A stretch of 64,000 nt of DNA, from the NCBI GenBank assembly GCA_003707115.1, contig PPNB01000001.1, forward strand, positions 496,001-560,000, written 5' to 3'. A model generated the notes under the pieces. The model was not told the origin of the DNA. It saw only the letters and a program-made list of their open reading frames with translations, and ran no database searches. Numbering within the stretch: the first letter of the stretch is position 1; every line of letters begins with the position of its first letter. A program made the position numbers and the translations under genes. This document shows positions 1 through 8,718 of the stretch, one piece after another. This DNA comes from Tortispora ganteri (taxonomy: Eukaryota).

Positions 1-753
1 TTCTAATTGTGCCGGACGTATTTCGGCCGTAACGTTCGGTTCTGCGGCCCCACAGACCTTGCCAACGCTCGTGAATTGTCGGATGCAATTCACCGAAATC
101 ACTCAAACGATAGTTGTACAATTTAGCTCAATTTGTTGCACCCAATTGCCCCTCACTGTTGCAGGTTCCCCTCATGAAACAGTTCGTTGCCAAGCTACTA
201 TGGGTTTCAAGGTCATAATCAGTATCGAATCGCTGTTTCCAATGTATACGCTGCTATATGTAGGCCATGTACTCCAATCTCTCTAAAATCATGTTGACTG
301 TCTGTATTTTATAGACACGGATCGGCATTGTGCTACGAGACATTCAGCATCTATCTCATTGGTGGGTGATCTTACACGTGACCCATCGCTTAATGGCACC
401 CTACCAATAATAAGGTTAAAGTAACCCCCCCTCCCCCATGTAGGTACTCTTCGGAACAGCTTCGGCAGTAAATATGTCTGTATATCGCGGCCAGTGCGGC
501 TAGATAGAAAGATAAAACGCGCTTATAAACCCCATACTGTTCTACAAACAAACAGACAGGCAGATAAGTAGGCAAGCTGGTCGAGATGGCGACAATTGTG
601 TGATTGTAATTGCTGTCACCAAGTATATATAAGGTTTAACTTTTGTGTAATTTATCCACTAAAATGCGGGGATGGTCTTACAGTACTACGCTGGAAAGGT
701 TAAAAGCAGGTACAAGAAGGTGCAGTTTCCTGCTGTCCGGAAGCAACAATAAG

Positions 754-761
754 TATAAATA
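754..761 (+). promoter_or_regulatory. TATA box of the esterase gene
   Basis: TATAAATA about 50 bp upstream of the ATG at 812. Confidence 0.5.
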
Positions 762-811
762 GTGGCATATTGCCCATTTCACCCTGACATAAGATATACT
801 ACAGATCAAAC

Positions 812-2005
812 ATGGGAATTGACACTGCTGCACTCAAGGAGAAAGCTGACGCTGCATTCGAAGCCGCTGTTAACAACAAAGATGCCCCCGTCGCTGGTAT
901 CGTAGCCGGTGTCACCGACCGCAATGGCGACATATACGAGGGACAAGCCGGATACAGGAGCCTAGAGACCAAAGTACCTATGGATCAGGACACACTGTTC
1001 TACCTCTGGTCGACCACGAAGGCACAAACTGCTGCTGCCCTCCTTCACTTGTACGATCAAGGCAAGATCGACTTCCAGGACCCTGCTAAGAAATATGTCA
1101 AGGAGCTCGAGAATGTCGAGGTATTTGACGGTTTCGATGAATCTGGCAACCTAAAGACGCACCCTGCTAAGACAGACATTACTATTCACCATCTTCTGAC
1201 CCACACAGCTGGTTTCGGCTACTTCTTCTTCAACGACGAGTACCTCGAAATCCTCCAGAAGACCGGCAAGTGCAACATCACCCAGAACACCGTTCATTCC
1301 ATTTCCACCCCTCTGCTCTTTGAGCCTGGCGAAGCATGGAATTACGGTGTCAACATTGACTGGGCAGGAATAGTCTTAGAGCGCGTCTCTGGCATGCGTC
1401 TAGGTGATTATCTCAAGAAGTACTTCTACGAGCCGCTCGGCATGAACGACACAAAGTGGGATCGCACTGAGGCCGACTTAGCCCGTCAGGCTACTCATTA
1501 CCAGCGTGGAAAAGATGGTAAGCTGACTCCCTTGCCTGAGGTCATGCCACTGAAGGGCGAGCAGCATATGGGCGGTCATGGCGCTATTGGCACCGTCCGC
1601 GACTACTTGAAATTCCTGCGCATGTGGTTGAACGAAGGACGCGCGCCTGACGGCACTCAGATCCTTAAACCAGAGACCGTCAAGCTTGCCATGGAACCCA
1701 AGCTCACTACCCAGAAAATCAACAACATCAAGACAAGTCACCCTGACTTCACTAACGATGTTGAGTTTCCTCCAGATGCCGACCTCAATTGGAGCTATGG
1801 ATTCTTAGTCAACCAGGGTCCCTTCCCCACAGGTCGCCCTGCTGGATCTAGCTTCTGGGCTGGTCTTGCTAACCTTTACTTCTGGATCGACACCAAGAAC
1901 GGTATTGCAGGCTACTATGCTTCACAGGTACTGCCGTTCAATGATGTCACTTCTGCCCCTGCCTTCTACGCTCTCGAAGGCGCTGTTTATTCATCTCTCT
2001 CATAA
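812..2005 (+). CDS. Beta-lactamase-fold (family VIII) serine esterase, similar to bacterial 1,4-butanediol diacrylate esterase
   Basis: 397 aa, intronless; SxxK (WSTTK), LLTHTAG, PLLFEPGEAWNYG, WAGLANLYFWID motifs. Confidence 0.9.
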   Translation: MGIDTAALKEKADAAFEAAVNNKDAPVAGIVAGVTDRNGDIYEGQAGYRSLETKVPMDQDTLFYLWSTTKAQTAAALLHLYDQGKIDFQDPAKKYVKELENVEVFDGFDESGNLKTHPAKTDITIHHLLTHTAGFGYFFFNDEYLEILQKTGKCNITQNTVHSISTPLLFEPGEAWNYGVNIDWAGIVLERVSGMRLGDYLKKYFYEPLGMNDTKWDRTEADLARQATHYQRGKDGKLTPLPEVMPLKGEQHMGGHGAIGTVRDYLKFLRMWLNEGRAPDGTQILKPETVKLAMEPKLTTQKINNIKTSHPDFTNDVEFPPDADLNWSYGFLVNQGPFPTGRPAGSSFWAGLANLYFWIDTKNGIAGYYASQVLPFNDVTSAPAFYALEGAVYSSLS

Positions 2006-2095
2006 CAGCTTGTATCTTGTTCTTTCCTTTTTGTTCACTTATTCGTACACGTAAATCCTTCATCGTGCTGCTTACAAAGTCGTCCGTTAATCGTA

Positions 2096-5000
2096 TCATT
2101 TCGTTTCGCTAATAATCTCCTTTGCCAGTTTTTGAACCAATATCGCTGGATCATTGGTCGCCAATAATTCAATACTTCTTGCCAGCCCGTCTACAGTTCC
2201 TAGCACCCCACTTGCTGAACCGCACGCATCACACATACACCTTAGAATTCGTAATAGATTCAGTCTGACATTAGCTTTATTGTGCTTCAATCGCCGCATG
2301 AAATTCTGCAGAAACTCTGGTAGACAAAGAGCAGATGATATCTTCGCACTGAGCGACAATATCTGTCTCAATGGCTCTAGAAATCGTTCCAGTGAACTAG
2401 CCGTCTCTGATTCAAATGCAGAAATAATAGTCTGAATGTTGTCATCTACTAATAACTGTTGTTCCACATAGTCAAAGTTCCTCTGCATCCATTCTAGAAT
2501 TACCTCAAGCGCAGTCGTCCTCCAGTTGGGATTCGCCAGAAGCTCGATGTATGAATTAAGTAAGTCGTGTTTCATCAATACTTCTTCGTTCTGTAGATTC
2601 GAATGACTAACTTCAAGCAGTAATGGTATCGCCAGCTCTCTTAATGCGTAGTCCGTTATTAGTACTTTCTGCAGTATAGGGATAAGTCCACGCGATATAG
2701 CCTGGTCCAAATTGGTGTAGTTGATCCTGCACATGTTGTATAGAGCATGCACACTATAATTGACAAATTCCTTCCCGGTGCTGGTGTTCAGATGCGCGCA
2801 CCCCCAATCAGCTGATTGCACTAGAATCTCAACTGTGTCCGTACTTTGCAATCCAGGAAGTATATTTGGACTCAGAGTCAATGTTTTGATCACTTTCAAA
2901 AGCACTGCTTTGGTGTGACCATGTGAAATTTCAAAACACTTAAGTAACTCACGAATAGTGTGTCTTTCAAATAATACTTGCTTCAAATAATCGTCCGTTA
3001 AAGCCGCAATGCATAGTATACTGCCAATAGTTTTAGATAGCTCTGGGTTATATTTCTTGCTACCCTCGGAATGACTTAATTCAATGGTATTGAGCACAGA
3101 TAGCAGATTGGACAGCAACGAATATCGACGAATGTTATACCATATTTCACTCTTTTGGCTACCGGTGCAGTTCTCAAACAGCTTGTATATCATGTTGATC
3201 CCGAGTTCCACAATACTCGGGTTGCGTTGAAAGTTTCTTTCTGCTAAAGCTATAATCACAGCCATTCCACCAGAACACTTCAGCAGTCGCTTAGTTTCCG
3301 CAGAAGCTGAGCATAACATGTCCAATAACGCAGCACTTTCTCTTTGCACATCCACGTGCCTTTCTCTGGTGCACATTTGATATAACGAAGGAAGGCAACC
3401 AGACTCACAAAACCTTTCTGCAAAAGCAGGATCGCTGCTTACTATGTACTGCAGCACTTGTAGGATGCTAAGTAAGAATTGTGGTTTAGCAGACGTCTCA
3501 AGACGTCCGGAAAGGATAATCAAACCATGGACTTTAATAAACTCTCCAATTGAGTCACTTGATTCTTTGAGCACCAGTAATAACTGCTGTAACGTGTTGA
3601 TATCGTCATCAGCTTTTCCTGTGTTCGCAGACAGTATAGCTGCATACTGTCGAACGAGTTTAGACAGTTTAACCTGTTTATTGTGCTCTAGTGATGCTAT
3701 GCGACCTATTCTGTTAGGTAAATTGGACATGTCATCGTCATCATCATTAAAAGAAGCAAAGGGGTCGTAATCCTCTGATTCGGCAGAGTGGGAGTCATTA
3801 GAAGTGCTAACTTTTGCTTCAGAGAATCTGGCTGCAATAGCACCAGAGAGGTCACTCTTCTGTATAGAAACACTTGCAAGATCGGCTACAAAATCATAGT
3901 CTTTGTCGTCTGCATATTTGGCTAAATCCACCGCTCTGCTCCTGCTAGTTGGAATGATAAGAGAGGCAGTAGAAGAGGTACGAGAACCAGCGGAGGAAGA
4001 GGAGGAAGCCCGATTCTTTGGCACAGATATCAGATTGTTCTTCTTTTCAAGCTTCCCAGCTGTGCTTTGCTTAGCGTCCGCTTGAGAGCATCTCTCTCCT
4101 AGAATTCTCACGTCGCGCAGGCGAGCCTGGATCTCGTCAATATTAGGAATACGTGACTTGGCTCTTTTGAGAATATCGATCTGAGATCCACCAAAATCAA
4201 AGTCTTTGTCATACTCGGATTCATTGTCTTCTTCTATGAAGCGTGTAAATTCCTTCTTGTGATTGTTACGTTTAGAAACAATCTCAGTTGGCGAGGATTT
4301 CTGAATATGGAGCATCGGATCATTTTCTTTGAAGACATGAGGATTGGGTGCAGCTTTGATTGCATTATTCCAGTCCTTAACGGTAGTTTTAGGATCGGCA
4401 TATTTGTTTTGCCCGCTCGATGAGATTGCCAGAGCCTTTAAAATCCAAGGATGTCTGAGCAATTTCTTAGCAGAAACGCGTAAGTTTGGATCTCGCTGGA
4501 AACATTGCAATAAAAAATCCTGAACAGTTCTCGAAGAGTTTTCTGGGAACGGAGGATGCTCGTTGTTCACTATAGCGTACAATGTAGCCATCTGCTCTAA
4601 ATTGCTGTAGGGCGGAGCACCGTCAAGTAGTTCAATTATAGTGCAGCCCACACTCCATATATCAGAAGCTGGCGAGGGTCCTTCAAGTTCGATCACTTCT
4701 GGAGCCATCCAGTTTGGGGTTCCCACCATACTTCTACATGTTTTAGCCGACATATGGGTTGCGACGCCAAAATCAGCAAGTTTGACTTGACCGTCCTTTG
4801 TTGTGAGGATATTGGCGCCCTTGATGTCTCTATGTATGACACCTTGAGAATGCAAATAATTTAACCCCGTAAGAACCTGAGATATATACAAAGCAACGAG
4901 GTCTTCTGGGATCTTGCCGTATTTTCGGTAAATATTGTAAAGAGACCCGCTTTCGCAGAACTCGAGGATAATATACAGACTAGTGGAGTTTTTGAGGTAG

Positions 5001-5254
5001 CCTTTGTACTTAACAATATTAGGATGGTTTAGGTTTTTTAAAAGTCGTATTTCTTCTGTCATTGAGGAGAGTTCTGAGGTAGAGAGATTGCTTATTCTTA
5101 TTTCCTTTAAGGCGACTGTTTCGCCAGTGAGCTTGTGGAGGCCTTTGTAGACGACTCCAAACGCGCCTTTACCTACACAGTCGCCCAAAGCGTAAGATCC
5201 TACATCATTCCTTATGCGTGGACTTCTGTGCCTTTTTTTATCTGTTGAAGGCAT
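2096..5254 (-). CDS. CDC15: MEN/SIN Ser/Thr kinase (Cdc15/Cdc7/SepH type) with a C-terminal helical-repeat region
   Basis: GKGAFG, HRDIKGAN, DFG, GTPNWMAPE kinase motifs; first ATG at 5254 (MPSTDKK). Confidence 0.85.
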   Translation of the reverse strand: MPSTDKKRHRSPRIRNDVGSYALGDCVGKGAFGVVYKGLHKLTGETVALKEIRISNLSTSELSSMTEEIRLLKNLNHPNIVKYKGYLKNSTSLYIILEFCESGSLYNIYRKYGKIPEDLVALYISQVLTGLNYLHSQGVIHRDIKGANILTTKDGQVKLADFGVATHMSAKTCRSMVGTPNWMAPEVIELEGPSPASDIWSVGCTIIELLDGAPPYSNLEQMATLYAIVNNEHPPFPENSSRTVQDFLLQCFQRDPNLRVSAKKLLRHPWILKALAISSSGQNKYADPKTTVKDWNNAIKAAPNPHVFKENDPMLHIQKSSPTEIVSKRNNHKKEFTRFIEEDNESEYDKDFDFGGSQIDILKRAKSRIPNIDEIQARLRDVRILGERCSQADAKQSTAGKLEKKNNLISVPKNRASSSSSAGSRTSSTASLIIPTSRSRAVDLAKYADDKDYDFVADLASVSIQKSDLSGAIAARFSEAKVSTSNDSHSAESEDYDPFASFNDDDDDMSNLPNRIGRIASLEHNKQVKLSKLVRQYAAILSANTGKADDDINTLQQLLLVLKESSDSIGEFIKVHGLIILSGRLETSAKPQFLLSILQVLQYIVSSDPAFAERFCESGCLPSLYQMCTRERHVDVQRESAALLDMLCSASAETKRLLKCSGGMAVIIALAERNFQRNPSIVELGINMIYKLFENCTGSQKSEIWYNIRRYSLLSNLLSVLNTIELSHSEGSKKYNPELSKTIGSILCIAALTDDYLKQVLFERHTIRELLKCFEISHGHTKAVLLKVIKTLTLSPNILPGLQSTDTVEILVQSADWGCAHLNTSTGKEFVNYSVHALYNMCRINYTNLDQAISRGLIPILQKVLITDYALRELAIPLLLEVSHSNLQNEEVLMKHDLLNSYIELLANPNWRTTALEVILEWMQRNFDYVEQQLLVDDNIQTIISAFESETASSLERFLEPLRQILSLSAKISSALCLPEFLQNFMRRLKHNKANVRLNLLRILRCMCDACGSASGVLGTVDGLARSIELLATNDPAILVQKLAKEIISETK

Positions 5255-5422
5255 CTTAAAGCTCTCAATAAAAATAATATACAACCCCCGCGTGGAATGT
5301 AAGGTGTATGCGTGGTGAATCTAAATATTGAGTGTTTTTGTTTTCGTTCAACCTGCTGGGACTTGCCTAATTCGGATATCTCTGGACCAACTTTTTTTTC
5401 CTCTCTGACCAGACCCATCTCA

Positions 5423-5833
5423 ATGGACTTCTTAGCGGAGTTGTCCAATCTGGACATCGAGACGATCTCCGACGAGGAGGTGAATGAGTACGGAGAGTTG
5501 TATGACCACGGAAAAACTGTACGGTACGGCAAACCGCAGTCAAGAGAAGAGTTCGAACGGCAGAAGTCTGAATGGACAGCAAGGATCGAGAGCATAGACT
5601 CACTATTTGCATTTATAGAGCAATTAGAACGTGATCCCAGTCAGAAAATAAGTAAAATAGAAAGAGTGAAATTTTCTGATGCTGCAAATCGTGCGTACTA
5701 TCTTAGAGACTATCAGAAAGTTGTTAAAATTATTGATTTCGCATTCACGCACTATCGAAATGAGATCCCAGATCGGGACGTGTCGTACCTCAAATCGCTG
5801 CATGAAAAGTGCATTAATCTGACAAAGCCATGA
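5423..5833 (+). CDS. Hypothetical protein (136 aa), possibly TPR-like C-terminus
   Basis: ATG at 5423 (MDFLAEL); protein-like composition; fills the gap between two minus-strand genes. Confidence 0.7.
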   Translation: MDFLAELSNLDIETISDEEVNEYGELYDHGKTVRYGKPQSREEFERQKSEWTARIESIDSLFAFIEQLERDPSQKISKIERVKFSDAANRAYYLRDYQKVVKIIDFAFTHYRNEIPDRDVSYLKSLHEKCINLTKP

Positions 5834-7817
5834 CCCTTTCATTCGCCTTATAATGATTCTTCATAGCATAACGCATTGATTTGGAAAGTTTTTTCCCCAA
5901 AAGCGCCTGCTCATTGGCCGAAGGATAGGCTTTCTTGAACTTCGTGTACCATTTGACCATCCTTGAGATGCTGGAAATCGACTGTGAGGCTCTTATCATT
6001 TTTTTATAGAGGTCTGGTGAAAGAGAATATCCTCTATTTTCCATCATATCAATTATTCCTTCCAGCTCGGAGATCCGTCTTCGTTTCAGCTTTGGTTTTA
6101 AGTATCTGAAGAAGTCTTCGGGGGCTATCCATGCTTCTGTAGGGAAGTCGGCGACAATGTCTCTAAAGATATCAATCACCGTTTCTCTATGTACCAATTT
6201 TGCGCACTTTTCGACGAAAGTGCGCGCGATTATATCGCAGTGCGGCGAAAGTTGCTTGAACTGGTAGTTTTCACGAAACAAGTAGACCCAACGCAGTATA
6301 GTTTTGTACAGCTGCACAAATTCTTGCGGTGTTTGGCATTTCACAGACCTAATGTACATAGCAGTAAGCAATGAGAATGACTTGAAATCGGGTTTAAACT
6401 CTTTTAGAGACGCATCGCGTTGTAGATGTGAATAGGTATTCCTTAACTCCGGGATCATTTGGATGACTTCTGTGCCAAAATAACGGATAAATTGACTAAT
6501 GTTAGCATACAGATCCGAATACTCTGACGAATTAGCATCACGGAAATTAGATCGGCGAATTCTAGAGATTTCCAGGATGCTATTAGCGAGATGCGTATCA
6601 ATGACATCGGGGGTTCTGTGTATATCTGGTATGAGCTCTAGCGCCTGTTCGGTGTTAGATGTAATGCAGTAGGCTCTTATGAGCGATATCCAGACATGAG
6701 TTGTGAATTTGAGACCATGTTGTTCTATTAGGGCGGCGTACTCGTTTGATTGATTTATGTTTGCTTCCGAGACAGATTTGTTAAGCATTATAATGAAATC
6801 AGAGACATTTGTAAATGTAAGGTAGTTTTTTTTCACAAGTTTCAGAATATAGTTATCGAGCAGTTGCGAGCGATATTCTGGCTGTAGTTTTGCGCTCGCA
6901 ATGGAAGCGGCGACTGTGCTGTATATGGAGAAATCGCGTGTCTGGATTGGTTCTGTCGGATCCGGCGGGTTGTAGGCTTGCAAAAGAGCGAAGAGGTACT
7001 GGGGGTTCCATGCTGCATTTTTAAGCGCAAAGGAACGCATTTTCAAAATATCGTCGTAGGATAGGAGCCAGTCTGGGTTTGTAGGATCGGAAGTGAGGTG
7101 CGGACAGTAGTGTAATATAACAGCTTTGGTATTTGGTCCAGGGAGCATAGCGTGCGAACGCAGTAAGGATAAAAACCAGAAGGCATCTTTAAGGAGGTAT
7201 GAATTTTTTAAATGCGATACATGAAGTTCTATAGCGGAGGAGAAAGCTATGGAGAAGTTGAGAGCGATGGACGGGTGGATGCTTAAGAAGTCGTCAAGGT
7301 TATTATCGCTGAGGTTGTAGAGAAAAGCGCTGCAGTGAGCGACATTTTTGTTAAGGAGAAAAGCTGTAAGCGGCAATATAAGCGGTATTTTAAGCTGTAG
7401 TGGGAGTAGTCTGAACAGTTTGTTAAGGATGTTGATGTCATTACCGTAGAGGATGAAGAAAAGGTCAGAGAGATTGTGGATGTAGTTGACGAAGTTGGAT
7501 GTAGAGCTAGGCCGCGGGATGCGTGCGCGGGACCAATATTTTGACCAGATACCAAACATTCCTGTAAGATCATGTGTAGATGCAAGAAGATTAGATTTGA
7601 ACTTGTGGAGATCAGCACGTTCATGGACCTGATTGAGTGAGCAATAGGACTCAAAAAGTTCCAGCTGGGTCGACTGTAAAGAGTAGTCGCTATCCTTGTT
7701 CAGGTAGTCTTTCAGAAGCGATAGTAGTTTCGATGCTTGATTGGCTGTAGCATAGTATCGCGTAAATGTATTTGAGAATGTTTGTATGCGGTAAAACGCC
7801 AGTCCGCGGCGGATCAT
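5814..7817 (-). CDS. Mitochondrial pentatricopeptide-repeat (PPR)-like protein
   Basis: ATG at 7817 gives an Arg-rich presequence (MIRRGLAFYR); PPR-like motifs HVWISLIRAYCITSNTEQALELI and MMENRGYSLSPDLYKKMI. Confidence 0.7.
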   Translation of the reverse strand: MIRRGLAFYRIQTFSNTFTRYYATANQASKLLSLLKDYLNKDSDYSLQSTQLELFESYCSLNQVHERADLHKFKSNLLASTHDLTGMFGIWSKYWSRARIPRPSSTSNFVNYIHNLSDLFFILYGNDINILNKLFRLLPLQLKIPLILPLTAFLLNKNVAHCSAFLYNLSDNNLDDFLSIHPSIALNFSIAFSSAIELHVSHLKNSYLLKDAFWFLSLLRSHAMLPGPNTKAVILHYCPHLTSDPTNPDWLLSYDDILKMRSFALKNAAWNPQYLFALLQAYNPPDPTEPIQTRDFSIYSTVAASIASAKLQPEYRSQLLDNYILKLVKKNYLTFTNVSDFIIMLNKSVSEANINQSNEYAALIEQHGLKFTTHVWISLIRAYCITSNTEQALELIPDIHRTPDVIDTHLANSILEISRIRRSNFRDANSSEYSDLYANISQFIRYFGTEVIQMIPELRNTYSHLQRDASLKEFKPDFKSFSLLTAMYIRSVKCQTPQEFVQLYKTILRWVYLFRENYQFKQLSPHCDIIARTFVEKCAKLVHRETVIDIFRDIVADFPTEAWIAPEDFFRYLKPKLKRRRISELEGIIDMMENRGYSLSPDLYKKMIRASQSISSISRMVKWYTKFKKAYPSANEQALLGKKLSKSMRYAMKNHYKANERVMALSD

Positions 7818-7905
7818 AGGTAGGTTGGGGGGTGGTGAAGGTGAAGGTGAACAAACCACTTTTATTAGCAAATGAGTTTAACCGTTTGTACTACCGACCA
7901 CCGCG

Positions 7906-8349
7906 ATGAACGCGCTGCAAGCGTCGCTAATCCGCGAAGTGTTTAGTGGACTCATAGATTTAGATGTATCTCTTCGATGTAAACGGCAAATGGTATTGTT
8001 GTACCTGCTAATGCCGACGCTAGCGAAAGCTTTGCAATTGATCGACACCTGTCGAATTAGACGCGTGGGTCGCGGACTTCACATCGACAGTCAGATCGTT
8101 CATCTCACATCCTGGCACTGCACTTGCCATCTTGAACCTGCCTCCGATATTAAGCATTTACCTTCTGATCATACAGAGCTTTGGTACGATATAACAATCT
8201 CTGTTGACACTGCTGTTGCTAATGATCCCGTCGCCAATGCGCTCCGTCAGAAGGTCCGCACTCAATATTCCAACCCATGCCCACACCTGCTTGCCGTCTA
8301 CATTGTCAATCTACTTCATCCAGATTTAAAATCATTATATATATATTGA
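7906..8349 (+). CDS. SWIM zinc-finger protein, Sws1/Shu2-like (Shu complex)
   Basis: 147 aa; WHCTC...CPHLLAV matches the CxC...CxH SWIM motif. Confidence 0.65.
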   Translation: MNALQASLIREVFSGLIDLDVSLRCKRQMVLLYLLMPTLAKALQLIDTCRIRRVGRGLHIDSQIVHLTSWHCTCHLEPASDIKHLPSDHTELWYDITISVDTAVANDPVANALRQKVRTQYSNPCPHLLAVYIVNLLHPDLKSLYIY

Positions 8350-8718
8350 CAAGGTATTTACTTCCCTGTACAGCCTACAACGCTTTAGCACTTCTTCGCT
8401 GCCTTTCTTTCCTCCGAAACCAGTCAACCTCCCGCAATCATAAACTTCCCTCTTATCACCCAACCCAGGCACACCTCTCTACTTTCTTACTGCACTGTCA
8501 CATCTTTTTTTTCTCTCTCTCACTACCTAAAGTTTTCTCTTTTCTCTTTCTACACTTCTTTTTCTTTTTCTGTCACAAAGTGTCTTTTGTGGATTTAAAC
8601 CCTAGCGCTTTAATTTAATCAGCAGCCGCCTCTCAATTACTGCTCGTCTCACAGCCTACGAAAAAACTTTTCCTCTTCTGCGGTCTGCTTCACCCTGCGT
8701 CGATCGAGTAATAAAAAA

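Noticed and set aside
59..575. Short ORFs at 59-286 and 390-575
   Set aside because: Non-ATG starts and no recognisable protein features
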